IMG/VR virus record: IMGVR_UViG_3300021197_001705
Source: an uncultured virus (IMG/VR IMGVR_UViG_3300021197_001705)
Taxonomy: Duplodnaviria; Heunggongvirae; Uroviricota; Caudoviricetes
Direction: 5' to 3' (one strand)
Length of the DNA: 64,000 nucleotides
Every line of letters begins with the position of its first letter. Within the stretch, counting starts at the first letter, position 1. The notes beneath the pieces are model-generated. The model did not search any database. It saw only the letters and a list, made by a program, of their open reading frames with translations, and was not told where the DNA came from. This document shows positions 44,401-54,700 of this stretch, piece after piece. The position numbers and the translations under genes are program-made.

Positions 44401-46076
44401 AACCAAGCAGTTTTGTGTGCTCCTCGTTTTGCCTTACGGTCATCAAGCCTCTTTTCTTCATATTTCATTTTTAAATCAGAGAAGTTTAAGATTAAAGCAC
44501 ATTGTTTAACATACTTTCTTTTCTCGTTTATTTCGTCTTCAGTTAACTTATCTGCTTCGGGGGGCATCTCGTTAACTCTGTTACTTGCTTTTGAGGCGGA
44601 TGCTATTCCATCTGCGAGTCTTTTGTCTGAAGCCGCTTGAGCGTCCGTCATTGAAGCCGCCCCAAGGGCACTTATCTGCTCTGCTGTCAAAGAGGCATTT
44701 GGGTCTTTTGCTTTGGCTGCTTTTTCTGCTGCGGTGGCGTCTGTACTAAGATCCTTTATGAATTCTTCTAATAACACCCTTTGTCGGGCTGAAGCGTATA
44801 ACTTTGCCACAATGTCAGCAGCAGCCTCAATCATACCAGTATACTTCTGCATTTGGGTGTCGCCACCGTAATCTAGTTGTTCTCCTTTGGCCAGCTTTTC
44901 TTTATTTAATAATGTACCCCAGTCTAAAGTGTCCAAGAATTTTAAGTATTTTCCGTTGATTTCCAGTTCGATTCCATCAAATAAATCCTTTGAAATACCT
45001 TTTGTTTCAGGTAAATCCCTCAAATCAGTTACGCCCTTTAGTCCTTCTTGTACTTTCCATGTAAACTTAAATTTTGAAGTATCACCGCCAGCCTGCTCTT
45101 CTACAAAAAACGCTGCAAGGCCGGGCTTGGTCGCAAGACCAGCAGTAATAGCCGCTTTGAATCTTGATGGTATAACCGCTGGCTTGGGTTCGGGTTTAGT
45201 AGCCCACTTCCTTATAGTAATATCATTTGGTTTCATAGCGTTGACTCTTTGGTCGACAACACTTTCAAAATTGGTGTTCAGTGAGAATCTTGAAGCAAAA
45301 GCGCTTTTGACCTTTTGGGAATACTCGTTAAACCAAGATCTTGCTTTACTGCTAAATTGAGTATTTATTGTTTGTAAAGAGTAAGCACTCTCTTTCGTCT
45401 TATATGTTGGGGGTGTGAAGAGTTCCTTGGGGCCCATAATTAATGCTGGTGCCACAATCTCAACACCTGATTTGAGTTTGGTCTCAACTTGAGTTTTTAT
45501 ATCTTTTTGAAATTGCAATGGGGACAATTTACCAATAAACTTGGTAATTCCTGTATCTCCCTTTGTGATAACAAGGTCAAGATATTTGGCTTGTAGTTCC
45601 CTGTTGCCAATTTGGGTGTCTTTATGAGCTAATCCGTTTCCTTTTCCAAGTTTTTTTCCGTTTGCAAGGATTACTTCTTGTGGATATTTAAACCATAATA
45701 AAAACCAATTAAGATGCTCTTGTTTGAATTCACTTGTCTTTAAAGACCACAGTCTATACCATTGAAATCTTAAAATTCGATGCCAATGGCCAGCCGTTGT
45801 GTATAATTTATTGTCAGGGTTAAATGCTTGCTTTGTTGCCCACTTGTAATCTTCAACTGACATTGGTGGCATTTCTGTATCTTTCGTTGAGGATATAAGA
45901 CCGAGATCCCAACCTTTTTCCTTCGCGTACGAGGATAAAGTATCAGCGTAAACTTCAACCGGAAAATTATCCATTGAATTTAACCGAGCCCCGTATCTAT
46001 TTGTAAACAATTTTATTTGAGCATTATTTTTATCTTTTGACCATTTCAGCCAATGCTTATATACTTCGGAAGCCAT
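41433..46076 (-). CDS. Large baseplate hub / tail-associated protein (1547 aa)
   Basis: Position after the LysM gene; hub-like C-terminal IGNTLYFPG...GGYHQIIRVSCEI...FSTNVKA. Confidence 0.6.
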   Translation of the reverse strand: MASEVYKHWLKWSKDKNNAQIKLFTNRYGARLNSMDNFPVEVYADTLSSYAKEKGWDLGLISSTKDTEMPPMSVEDYKWATKQAFNPDNKLYTTAGHWHRILRFQWYRLWSLKTSEFKQEHLNWFLLWFKYPQEVILANGKKLGKGNGLAHKDTQIGNRELQAKYLDLVITKGDTGITKFIGKLSPLQFQKDIKTQVETKLKSGVEIVAPALIMGPKELFTPPTYKTKESAYSLQTINTQFSSKARSWFNEYSQKVKSAFASRFSLNTNFESVVDQRVNAMKPNDITIRKWATKPEPKPAVIPSRFKAAITAGLATKPGLAAFFVEEQAGGDTSKFKFTWKVQEGLKGVTDLRDLPETKGISKDLFDGIELEINGKYLKFLDTLDWGTLLNKEKLAKGEQLDYGGDTQMQKYTGMIEAAADIVAKLYASARQRVLLEEFIKDLSTDATAAEKAAKAKDPNASLTAEQISALGAASMTDAQAASDKRLADGIASASKASNRVNEMPPEADKLTEDEINEKRKYVKQCALILNFSDLKMKYEEKRLDDRKAKRGAHKTAWFDNRFIMVDTNKLRRRDILNQLFVPKMEDIEPFMKLTPDLVSALTPKIRLFKIWNQGCDLYQQEIAFPNFEDPSRISALRNLKAGIDRGNGSGIKSLNWTYEGTNPAEARSAIGMELTLFFQSFEEIIKKRDNGSSEYRYVDLLLHPENTKTKTKKDQGSFNPYAQQNSENYRVRVDVGWQNITGKVRELFNRRGDLGITADNVNDAINRINKSFYLTLVDHEMDIKENGNIEIKASYRAYTETALQDKHIDALASPMIIGHRAQFGAELQKLINDGDCSVDQYKELRATYAAIDDEFRIAAYRSIMKRMMMRGHVHFCKINRNQIGGGFKLKGGKVFEGAPKLEWPNNKGTYGDAKLKDHTSGKSKTPPPKKEAVEKVESAEKVKKAADAAKKTLTKPEEKDLKSTRTFEQLPSLKDAEDTVSFFFLGDLIHTVLDAMHYPKNRVTDKVDPQAFENFDSKSNQEVGERICHLKNINILLPSFDYIEKKPKARSAVIPMNVAEIPVAVDYFLEFMTQQVIKGERKSYPVMDMIRDLTRNLVVDVLSEKCHDLKDVKKTDFSHTAFVGSGNNGGDPLRSLRSGKDGIIYTDKHFKKGGGLPIKAVESNMHSKDFQQYLVLYPKQGTDKYNGSGNLKEDAKAGVYHYEIGARAGLLKKIKFTKTDMVYLRESRFIEQGNDGLLQLGAVYQASIDMIGNTLYFPGMNLWIEPTSLGTGHEMDPRRPGSAANKLGFGGYHQIIRVSCEITPGKFSTNVKALFTYSGDGGKGYSGKKKPAVKPKVKEPDKSAKSGASKLGTKPSGEKQTSAEKTYCNVFINHRQQQLQGLFAEQSAGLKTIGLSGPAPTVVNFGGAVGASAGVPSVSETASKAAKEKLPNENMEKDSKKVDPEKESPWGWVAESAEHGRWVKIGWRSGGMTYDEQGNPLEIVNPAPPFAEASRPDAFDTSDEESDKDAIKRLEEETKEPESSGISLTFSQEPGRGLFDTWSSDE

Positions 46077-46411
46077 TATTCAATCACCTGTAGTGCTTGT
46101 GCAAGAGAAAGAGGAATTTTTATCACCTCTCCGGCCTCGACATGAGCCTCCGTTGGTTTTCTATTAAAAGATGCTATAACCCACCAATTTTTAGGGCTAT
46201 TTAGGTATTTTTTAGCTAATCTCCAAAACGTATCGCCACCCTTCCAGACATAATTTATATAATCAACTTCTCTCATGTTGTCATCATCGAAATACTTCAA
46301 CACGGGAGTTCTATATTGTTCTATATTCTTAACGCCTCGCTCATCGAGTATATCGTCATATTGCTCGTAATCATTAATTGCTGTCATTCTACTTATATAC
46401 CTTGACATCAT
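46076..46411 (-). CDS. LysM-domain baseplate wedge protein (gp53/tail X-like)
   Basis: YVWKGGDTFWRLAKKY...WWVIASFN...GEVIKIP. Confidence 0.85.
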   Translation of the reverse strand: MMSRYISRMTAINDYEQYDDILDERGVKNIEQYRTPVLKYFDDDNMREVDYINYVWKGGDTFWRLAKKYLNSPKNWWVIASFNRKPTEAHVEAGEVIKIPLSLAQALQVIE

Positions 46412-46417
46412 TATCTC

Positions 46418-46981
46418 CTAAATTTTAAATGGGAACTTTGCGGTGGCCTTCTTCTCTTGTCCAAGGGATTCTTGATGCAGCACATTGAGGTTAAATGAAA
46501 GCGAAATAACTTTTGGATAGAATTTCCCTGCTGATGGATTAAACATCCCCATATCCAACGCAGGTTTCCAATTTATAGAATCCATCCACCCAAGTAAAGG
46601 GTCACCGCCCGAATCACAAACAAGGTTACCAAATTTTACTTTAACTAGTGGGTTTTTAGCAATAATTCCTATACCTGTTACCCCAGAAGGAGTATAGGCC
46701 GGATAAGCCATCGCAATTAACTTGTTACAACTCTCAAGGTTATCTTTAGCCTCACTGGCGTCTTTGGACGGTACATCCCAAGATAAACTTATAGTTCTCT
46801 TTGTAGAGGCGAATGTAGCGATGGGGTCATTACGACCGTACACATCTTCGGTCTGCCAATTCGATTGAAATGTTTGGGAAAGATCATTTAAGAATGCCTT
46901 AAAATGCACTTCAATATCCGTTATAGCACTTTCTATTTTTAATTTTTGGCTCTTACTATTTAAAAAATCACCGTATGACAT
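46418..46981 (-). CDS. Baseplate / tube-initiator protein
   Basis: Follows the tape measure gene; WQTEDVYGRNDPI...RTISLSW...PLVKVKFG. Confidence 0.7.
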   Translation of the reverse strand: MSYGDFLNSKSQKLKIESAITDIEVHFKAFLNDLSQTFQSNWQTEDVYGRNDPIATFASTKRTISLSWDVPSKDASEAKDNLESCNKLIAMAYPAYTPSGVTGIGIIAKNPLVKVKFGNLVCDSGGDPLLGWMDSINWKPALDMGMFNPSAGKFYPKVISLSFNLNVLHQESLGQEKKATAKFPFKI

Positions 46982-46995
46982 TCTCTATCCTCTTT

Positions 46996-49539
46996 TTAAT
47001 AACCAGTTCCTACTGCTACTTTTACAGCCTCTCCACGCATGAGTTTGGTAGTCGCCTCACCGTCTAGCTTTATCAGCATTTCTTTCTGGTCTTTTTTTGC
47101 AATATCCCCAACCGCTTTCCCGACACCAATTATGGCAGCACCTAAAAGACCCATCGCGCCAGATTCTGCTGAAACGCCTGTTGTCATTAGTGCTATGTTC
47201 TGTAGCATTGGTTTTATGTTTTCGCTGTTTGTGTTTAAGTCTGCCACAAAGGTGGTTGCTGCCTTGAATGACGACTCAACATTGTTGTTTTCCATTTCTG
47301 CCATTCCTTTGGCGAATATAGCCAAAGAAGAAAGTCTCTCTAAGGGCAAGGCATACATCGCTAGTGCCAAGCCACCCATAGCCAAAGCCATGGCCCCGAT
47401 TCCAAGAGCGGCTAGACTCCCAAATACACCCAAGACCATAGCAGTTGTTTGTAGGGCAACCATACCCTCTAAAATCGACCCAATTGCACCAGACGTTACC
47501 GCGTATATCAACACGCCAACAAGCGCCGCTATGCTCCCTGCTGCTAGCGCAATACCCATACCAACTGCTAAAGACGCTAAGCCCAATGCTCCCATTACAA
47601 GTACAAACAAACCAGTAGCAGGTAGAGCAGCCATCATCCCGGCGCCAGCAGTAGCGACACCAGTCGCTAAAATACCCATAGCGCCCGCAACACCGGTTGC
47701 TACAGTTGTGATTCCACCGGCTGCGGCTGCACTTGCTGGTGCTAGTCCAAACATCCCTGCTGCCAGCGCTGGTAGTGCCCCAGCGGATAGAATACCAGCC
47801 AAAAACGTGAAAGTTTTAAATGCCAAGAATAGCCCAGCAAAGATCCCGATAAATTTTACTGTGTTTAGGACCAATACTTTGTTTTCAGTAATAAACTTAT
47901 GAACTGCTGTTACTCCTTCTGATATTTTATCGACAAGTGGTTCAATAGCAATTACTAGTTCGGCAAACATCATCTTTATCTTCAACAAAATAGGAGTAGC
48001 GTCCTGCATTCTTTTATTTAATTCTTCTTGTTGGTCTTGGGCTAAAGATTGCGCTTTGGAGAAGTTTTTGTAGTCACCCATGTTCATGCTGAAAATTTTC
48101 ATTGCCTCATTCATGTCTGTTATTCCGGCTGCATTCGCGATTGCTTTTTGTTGAAACCTGTTCATATCTTTGAAGTTCATCCCCGTTGCTTGAACGGTCT
48201 GGATCAAAGTCTCTATTCTTTGGTCTTCTGTTTTCATTAGCATGTCTGTCGCGTTTAGTTGAGATCCCATAATAGCATTCAATTTACCAACAGACTTAGC
48301 AGCACCTTCAAACGTATCGAACTTATTAGCCAATGCCAGCAGGCTTCCGACTTCAACACCAGCAGCGGCAGCAGCAGCGGCTAAACCAGAAAAAACTTCA
48401 ACTGATTTGTCTCCGTAAACTGCTAGGGTTTGTAAAGAGGCGTTAAGGCCCTTGGCAAACTTACTAGCATTTATTCCCATTTGTTTTCCCATCATGGCAA
48501 CGTTCTTAGTTAACTGGGCTGACTTTTCAGCAGAGTGGCCCATACCTTTTGCGAAAAAGTTCATCAACTGTCCTGAATCTTGTGCAGAAACACCTATTTT
48601 AGCCAACTGGGCGGCTGAGTTAACCATGACTTCTTTGGTCTTCGCACCCATCGTCATGAAGCCGCCAAAGTTATCAGTCAAGCCTTGGATGGCTTTTCCC
48701 ACTTGGGCTGTTGAGATTCCGTTTATCCTGTTTGCAGCGGAAAGTCTACCTATGCTTTCTGTTGCTCGATCTCCGTTACCTGTGTACGCTGCCAAGCTTG
48801 ATGCAGCATTATCTATTTCAGTAAAAAACAGCGTCGTATTGGAAATCATTTTGGAGAATATGGCAGCGGCTGCGTTTGCGACATTAATCGTTGCTCTAAA
48901 TGCTTCAACCAGACCCTGCATTCCTTTCGGAGTAGAAGCGATCGCCCCTATTTCTGCCATTTTTCCAAAAATGGAATTTGCGTATCCGTTTGTGGATACT
49001 CCCATCATTCTTCCAAGGGCACCAAAGTGCTTTTTACCTGCTGCCAGTCCTTTCTCGTGTAGTGGCCCAAGGGTCCTGTATTGATCTGACAGGGCTTTCA
49101 TTCTATCAAGCTCTTGCTCTGTAATCTCAATACCTCTTTCGGCTGCAAGGGCTCTTATCGTAGCCGCTTTCTTTTGTTCGCCCCCAAGTTTTCTTGCTGC
49201 GTCTGCGCTCATTCCCAATTGTTCTGAGATTCGCTTGATATTTCCCTCGTTATCTTGGTAAGCTTCTTCTTCTAATTTGCTATAGGCCATATATTTACCA
49301 TGGGCTGCTTTTCTCGCGGCTGCTGAATCGTTATAAAGTCTTGCTAATCTCTCTTCTTGGTCAGCCAACGCCATAGCATCTTTTATCATTTGCTGGGCCT
49401 GTTTGGAGTCAAGGCCTGCCGTATTTAATACATTTGACGAATCACCCCCAAAAGCTTTTTGGAGCTTTTTATAACCACTGGGGTCGTTTATTTTTAATTC
49501 TTCTATTGCTTTTAGCAGTTCCGCAGCAGATATTGCCAT
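46996..49539 (-). CDS. Tape measure protein
   Basis: Ala/Gly-rich helical protein with hydrophobic segments, downstream of the tail chaperone. Confidence 0.85.
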   Translation of the reverse strand: MAISAAELLKAIEELKINDPSGYKKLQKAFGGDSSNVLNTAGLDSKQAQQMIKDAMALADQEERLARLYNDSAAARKAAHGKYMAYSKLEEEAYQDNEGNIKRISEQLGMSADAARKLGGEQKKAATIRALAAERGIEITEQELDRMKALSDQYRTLGPLHEKGLAAGKKHFGALGRMMGVSTNGYANSIFGKMAEIGAIASTPKGMQGLVEAFRATINVANAAAAIFSKMISNTTLFFTEIDNAASSLAAYTGNGDRATESIGRLSAANRINGISTAQVGKAIQGLTDNFGGFMTMGAKTKEVMVNSAAQLAKIGVSAQDSGQLMNFFAKGMGHSAEKSAQLTKNVAMMGKQMGINASKFAKGLNASLQTLAVYGDKSVEVFSGLAAAAAAAGVEVGSLLALANKFDTFEGAAKSVGKLNAIMGSQLNATDMLMKTEDQRIETLIQTVQATGMNFKDMNRFQQKAIANAAGITDMNEAMKIFSMNMGDYKNFSKAQSLAQDQQEELNKRMQDATPILLKIKMMFAELVIAIEPLVDKISEGVTAVHKFITENKVLVLNTVKFIGIFAGLFLAFKTFTFLAGILSAGALPALAAGMFGLAPASAAAAGGITTVATGVAGAMGILATGVATAGAGMMAALPATGLFVLVMGALGLASLAVGMGIALAAGSIAALVGVLIYAVTSGAIGSILEGMVALQTTAMVLGVFGSLAALGIGAMALAMGGLALAMYALPLERLSSLAIFAKGMAEMENNNVESSFKAATTFVADLNTNSENIKPMLQNIALMTTGVSAESGAMGLLGAAIIGVGKAVGDIAKKDQKEMLIKLDGEATTKLMRGEAVKVAVGTGY

Positions 49540-49561
49540 TATATAATCCCTCTATCAAACA

Positions 49562-49569
49562 TAAATAGT
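49562..49569 (-). promoter_or_regulatory. Putative late promoter motif ACTATTTA
   Basis: About 22 nt upstream of the tape measure ATG. Confidence 0.55.
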
Positions 49570-49575
49570 TTAAAT

Positions 49576-49600
49576 AAAAAAATGCCCTCATTCGAGGGCA
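49576..49600 (-). terminator. Rho-independent terminator
   Basis: TGCCCTC gaat GAGGGCA plus T-tract. Confidence 0.7.
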
Positions 49601-49603
49601 CTC

Positions 49604-49797
49604 TTATCTTTTCTTCATTGATTTGTCCATCTGTTCCTTTTCTTCCTTAAAGTGCTTCTGTAGCCTTTCTGTGAACCAGTTTCTTAGTCCAATCGGGAGG
49701 TTATACATCTCAATGAATGACCAGCCACCGAAGTGCTTTAAAATAAAGAATTGTTCGTAAACGGATTTTTGGTATTTATCGGTCAGGCCAAAAAAAA
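49604..49797 (-). CDS. Tail assembly chaperone C-terminal extension, probably reached by frameshift
   Basis: Open frame FFGLTDKYQKSVYEQFF...LRNWFTERL overlapping the T8 run; no good RBS/ATG of its own. Confidence 0.6.
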
Positions 49798-50627
49798 TCC
49801 GCGCCAAACGGAACCTCCATTCCTTCTTCGAAACCACACGAAGGACATGTGAACTGATTCGCAACCTTGACGTCAGGGTTGGCGAGTTTATAACAAACTC
49901 TCAAGTGCCTTGAGTCTAATGTTGGCATATTGTCAACATACTTGTTAACGATGTTGCGGTCTGAGTGACCTTCAATCTCAACGATCAGTCGTTTCATTTG
50001 ATCAGTGAGAACGGATTCTTGTAGTTTGCCTTTTCTCTTATTATTCATAAGTTTAGCAAGATACATTTCGTCTTCTCCCTTAAGGAGTTTAAATTTAATT
50101 TTAAACTTTGAAAAGGGCATTAAGGTTTGAAATAATCCATCTTCAGTATGGGTCAGGTTTAGATCTTCGCTAACCTCCGTTTGATGTATTTTTTGATCGT
50201 TTAAGTCAAATTCAAACTTACTGCTTTTCTGACAAGAGGGGCAATTTACCTTTGTCTCGTAATCAGAGCCGTATCCAGAGATACGAGCAGCGATGATAAC
50301 AGCATTTCGATCACCAGTAAGCATATCTTTCGGCTTAATATTCTTATCAAGCAAAATGCTTTCAATAAATCGCTCGATAACAATACCCTTCTTAATCAAA
50401 CTCTGAGATGCTAAAATATCTTCTTCCTTAGCGGTCATAAACTTGATTTCCACTGTTTCTTTGTTGTGCAGTGGGTGGTTTGCAGGGTATCCCTTTCCCT
50501 TTGATGGTAAATCAACCATTTCCGTTGGAGCTACAAAGCTCAAGGGGTTGAAGCCACTTTCTGCCTGTTGTATTATTGGGGCATCGGCAGGTGGCGCCCC
50601 AGTTCTATCCATATTATTTCTTGACAA
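49776..50627 (-). CDS. Tail/baseplate hub assembly chaperone (T4 gp26-like) with two CxxC
   Basis: VDLPSKG, MTAKEEDIL, ARISGYG, CPSC twice, ends DFFWPDR; between the tube and tape measure genes. Confidence 0.8.
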   Translation of the reverse strand: MSRNNMDRTGAPPADAPIIQQAESGFNPLSFVAPTEMVDLPSKGKGYPANHPLHNKETVEIKFMTAKEEDILASQSLIKKGIVIERFIESILLDKNIKPKDMLTGDRNAVIIAARISGYGSDYETKVNCPSCQKSSKFEFDLNDQKIHQTEVSEDLNLTHTEDGLFQTLMPFSKFKIKFKLLKGEDEMYLAKLMNNKRKGKLQESVLTDQMKRLIVEIEGHSDRNIVNKYVDNMPTLDSRHLRVCYKLANPDVKVANQFTCPSCGFEEGMEVPFGADFFWPDR

Positions 50628-50644
50628 TTTTCACCTCTTTTAAA

Positions 50645-51121
50645 TTATTTAAATTCTGCCCAATCATAGGCAATAGTCATTGACATCTCAACCAGTTCAT
50701 CATCACTGTAGCTGAGATCTCCAAAATTAACAGTCTTTATTGTAACATTGTTTAAAATCCACTCTTCAATAGTTTTTCCGCTAGCATCCATTTGATAAAT
50801 CTTTAAATCGCTTTTATCGCCTTTTTTGATTCCGCCAAATCCGTCTGTTGTCGAGCCGGGGGCACTATACCCCATATCTTCGAGTTTATCATACAATTCT
50901 TTAGTTTTTTTGCCAACATCAACAATCGTGAGAGTTACATCATTCCAAGTAAGTATTCCCGGATACTCAATTGAGTGATTAATAGCAGTGTATCTGTTCG
51001 TGGAGATATCAAAGCTTGGTTTGGTAACTGATTTTGCCCACCACAAGACGACACCGCCAAGTTCAACCCTGAAGCGATGTTTTCGTGTTGGTTCTAAATC
51101 GGAAGCACTCCAAAAGGTCAT
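50645..51121 (-). CDS. Tail tube protein (gp19-like), copy 2
   Basis: EPTRKHRF, KPSF, YPGILTWNDV, FGDLSYS, IAYDWA. Confidence 0.85.
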   Translation of the reverse strand: MTFWSASDLEPTRKHRFRVELGGVVLWWAKSVTKPSFDISTNRYTAINHSIEYPGILTWNDVTLTIVDVGKKTKELYDKLEDMGYSAPGSTTDGFGGIKKGDKSDLKIYQMDASGKTIEEWILNNVTIKTVNFGDLSYSDDELVEMSMTIAYDWAEFK

Positions 51122-51138
51122 TTAAACTCCTGAGCAGT

Positions 51139-51696
51139 CTAGCTGCGGATAAACTGTTTAGTCGAAGTGGCTGTGTGCATGATTTCACAAGTCGCCCAGT
51201 CATAACGGATTGACATTTCTACAGTTCTAAGATCGTCATTTGAGTAATCTAAATCTCCGAATTTAGCAGACTTAATAAACGGATTGTTAAGAGTCCACAC
51301 TTCCAAATCAGCGCCATCAGCGTTTACAACATGAATCGATAAATTCTTAAAACCAGCATTAGTGGCTTTAGCCTTAGATATCGTAGCCTTTTGATTTGCT
51401 GAGGTAGGACTAGCGGGAATATTATAACCTGAATCAATTAACAATTTGTTTGTCAACTGAACAGCATCCGGTGAGATAGGATCAACAAGAGTCAAAGTGA
51501 CCTCTGACCAACTTACACGTCCGGGATAATAATATTTATTATCAAAAAAATTGTGTTCGACTTCGGAAACATCATATGATGGAACCGTTACGGTCTTTGC
51601 CCACCAAAGAATGTTGTTTCCACCGAAACCATCTAAGATGACCTTCCATCTATAATTTCTCTTTGGTTCTACGTTTGCGCTACTCCAAAATGCCAT
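51139..51696 (-). CDS. Tail tube protein (gp19-like), copy 1
   Basis: EPKRNYRW, YPGRVSWSEV, FGDLDYS, IRYDWA. Confidence 0.88.
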   Translation of the reverse strand: MAFWSSANVEPKRNYRWKVILDGFGGNNILWWAKTVTVPSYDVSEVEHNFFDNKYYYPGRVSWSEVTLTLVDPISPDAVQLTNKLLIDSGYNIPASPTSANQKATISKAKATNAGFKNLSIHVVNADGADLEVWTLNNPFIKSAKFGDLDYSNDDLRTVEMSIRYDWATCEIMHTATSTKQFIRS

Positions 51697-51739
51697 TTTA
51701 TAATACTCCTATAAATCTTATATAATTAGTTGGCTGTTA

Positions 51740-54700
51740 CTAAAATTCAATTCCGCTTCTCGTTACAATAAAGTCGATAGCGATGAATTCGATTGCCCTA
51801 GCAGGCTTGATAAACACTTTAGCATACAAAATGTTTTGATCAACCAAATCTGCTGTTGTGGTTGTTTCATCCAAAACAAGCTGATATTCTGTAATTCCCA
51901 ATCTGGACTGAGCGTCTCTAAGGATCAAGTCAGCACCAGCTTTGAAGCGTGACCATGTTGCTTGAACATTTTGGTCAAACAATACAGTTTCAGCTACTCT
52001 TCCGACTCTCTTCTTAAGGAAGATCATCAATCTGCGAACGTTAATTCTATCAAGTGCAGATTTGGTTTGTTGAAGAGTTTTTTGACCGAAAATAACGGTC
52101 TCACCAATTGCAGGGAATCGAGCAACAGGGTTAATGTTTCTTTGGTAAAGTTCGTCTCGGTTAGATTTTGAAAGCTGCTTAAACGCTCCAATAACTTTTG
52201 GACCTTCACTTCCACCAAGTTGCGACAATCCACCTCTGTTGAAACCAGCAGGGGCGAACCATGGAGCACCAGTATCTGAGTCTGAGAATGCCAAGGCTCC
52301 AATCGCGGCTACAGAAGCAGGAGCGATAACCATATCGCCATTTCCAGAAAGAGAATCTCTCATTCTTACTCTTGGGAAGTATGTAGCAGCATAACTTGTA
52401 TTATAATCTCTACTGTCAGCATTAGATTTAACTGAAGCGAGAGTACCACCAGTTCTTGTTCCATTGTTCTCATATGTCTCAAGATAACCATCATCAAGAT
52501 CGATGATCGCCAAAGCATCAGCGCGTTCTTCAACCATTCTGATTAGATCGTTAGTCAAGCTTTCGTTAGTTAAGCCCGGTATTGAGATCACATCATATTT
52601 AACTGATTCTGCGGTGTTACACATATCAATTGCTCTTGATACACTATTAAAAGCATAAGATGTTGATTCTGCTTTAGATGCAAGGGCAACAGCGCTTGAG
52701 AATGGATCAGCTTTCGTGATATCAACTCCGTCAAATCCACCAAACATTGGTACAGCAAATTGACGAACCTTGTCATCGATTAGTTGTTGAGATCCGGACC
52801 CTGCTGTGACTGCTCGTGTTTGAGTGCCAATAGCGATTGTGTGAGAGCCAGAAGCCCAATAGTATAGACCGTTTGCGTCTCTAGCTATTTCGTCCATTGA
52901 GAATACAAAACTATATTCTGTAGCATTTGCTGTTGTGTGGACGTCCATAGAGCCACCTTGAAATCTTGTAAGATCAAGATAATCTCTCTTAGGTGCAACA
53001 CCCTTTTCATTCTTAGAAGCAAATTTGTGCCTTACACCAAACATGTCAGTGTTTTTATAATTTGCTGACGCCTTATTGGTGTTTTCTTCAGTAAGCTTTA
53101 GCCTTGGGAAGTGAATCGATGCTGACATTATGGTTGGCATCTTTGCAAATTGTGCTGCATCGCCACCAGAATGAATAACGTTGTTATTACCTTTAACATA
53201 TACATGGGCCAAGTTTGATGTGTCAGTACCAGCAGTAATCACTCCGGGTGCCTGCCTGTTCGTATCGTCACCAGATTCTGACCATGTCCAAGTATAATGA
53301 GCACCGGGGCCAACAGCAGTAACTGTTACGGTTGCAGTAGAGTTTCCAGCAGTATACCCTTCCAAAGCATTAAGAGCCACCGCAACTTGGGCTGCGTATG
53401 TTCCATGGTCTGTGGCGACCGTGTTGTCGATTCTCCATTTCATTTTTAGCCCGTTTGCGACCCATGCCGAATAGTGGCCACCGCCAGCATATGATTCAAT
53501 TTCATATACAATTCCGTCAGGATGGTTGAAAATCAATAGGGCACCAGCATCTGGGTGATCACTGGTGTATACGACTTGCCCTGTGGCAACAACACCAGCA
53601 TCTACTGGATCTACTCCGGCAGCAGGAAGAGCCTGTACTCCGGTGGAGCCTTCTAACATAGTAAACCCTTTAGGTCTAACTGGTCCAAAGAAGCCCCATG
53701 GAAGCATGTATGAATCATCGATTCCAGACTTCCAGTCATCACCCATTTCAATTCTAATATAGTCAGATTGGTTCATGTAATCACCAGAAATATCAAATAC
53801 CATGTTGGTAGTATTCCAAGTTTGACTCATATCTCCAATTTTCTTTCCGACAAAACTATCAGAAGATTCGTCTAAGTTACAATTTGAAAATTGCTCTACA
53901 AGTTCTCCATTTTGCCCAGTCTTTCTAACACTAAGAGTGAAAGAGGAATTGGGATTGGTAACAGTACCGAGCTTAAGATCTTCGATAGTAACATAATAAT
54001 TCGCTTGGAACCATTCTCCATCATGGAGAGAAACCACGCGGAAAAGCTTCTTTAATTGAGAGGCATCGAAAGCTGATGAATTCAATTGTGGTGTTGGGTC
54101 TCGGTTAATAATCCAACCAGACTTGGCTGGTGTGGCTGCTGCTTGGTGTGTTACCATGTTAGAAGAGCCACTAACCAATGGAAGGATTACACCGTATTGA
54201 GCCCCAGCAGTAGAGCCAGAAACTAATGCCTGAACTGCCTCTTCATAAGTTTCACCTAAAAAGTATTTCTTTGCATTTGCAGAGCCGTAGTTCGTAGCAA
54301 AAGTCTTAAGAGGGTTAGTGTTCAATACATTTCTAATATAATTATCTTTTTGATCAGGATCAAGATGAAATACGTGCTTCTCAACAACGCTAGACTCGGT
54401 GTATGAATCTCTAATTTCAAGTGTAAAGGTATTTCCTTTGCCACCTGTTGAAATAGACTCGATCATACATCCAGCGGAGGATGTAGTGGCAGAGGAATTG
54501 ATGGTGTTTTTTAGACCGCCAGCCATTGTACCACTAAGAGTAACAGCAGCACCAGTTGCATAAATAACAGCAGCCAATGTTCCAGTTACGTTTACTGTGG
54601 CTGATGCTGAGGGCATAATAAATAACCCGTATGCGGTAACGTTTGTTGCATGTGTACCGGTATCGGCAGTTAAATTGGCACCATCCAGATTCCAACCAGC

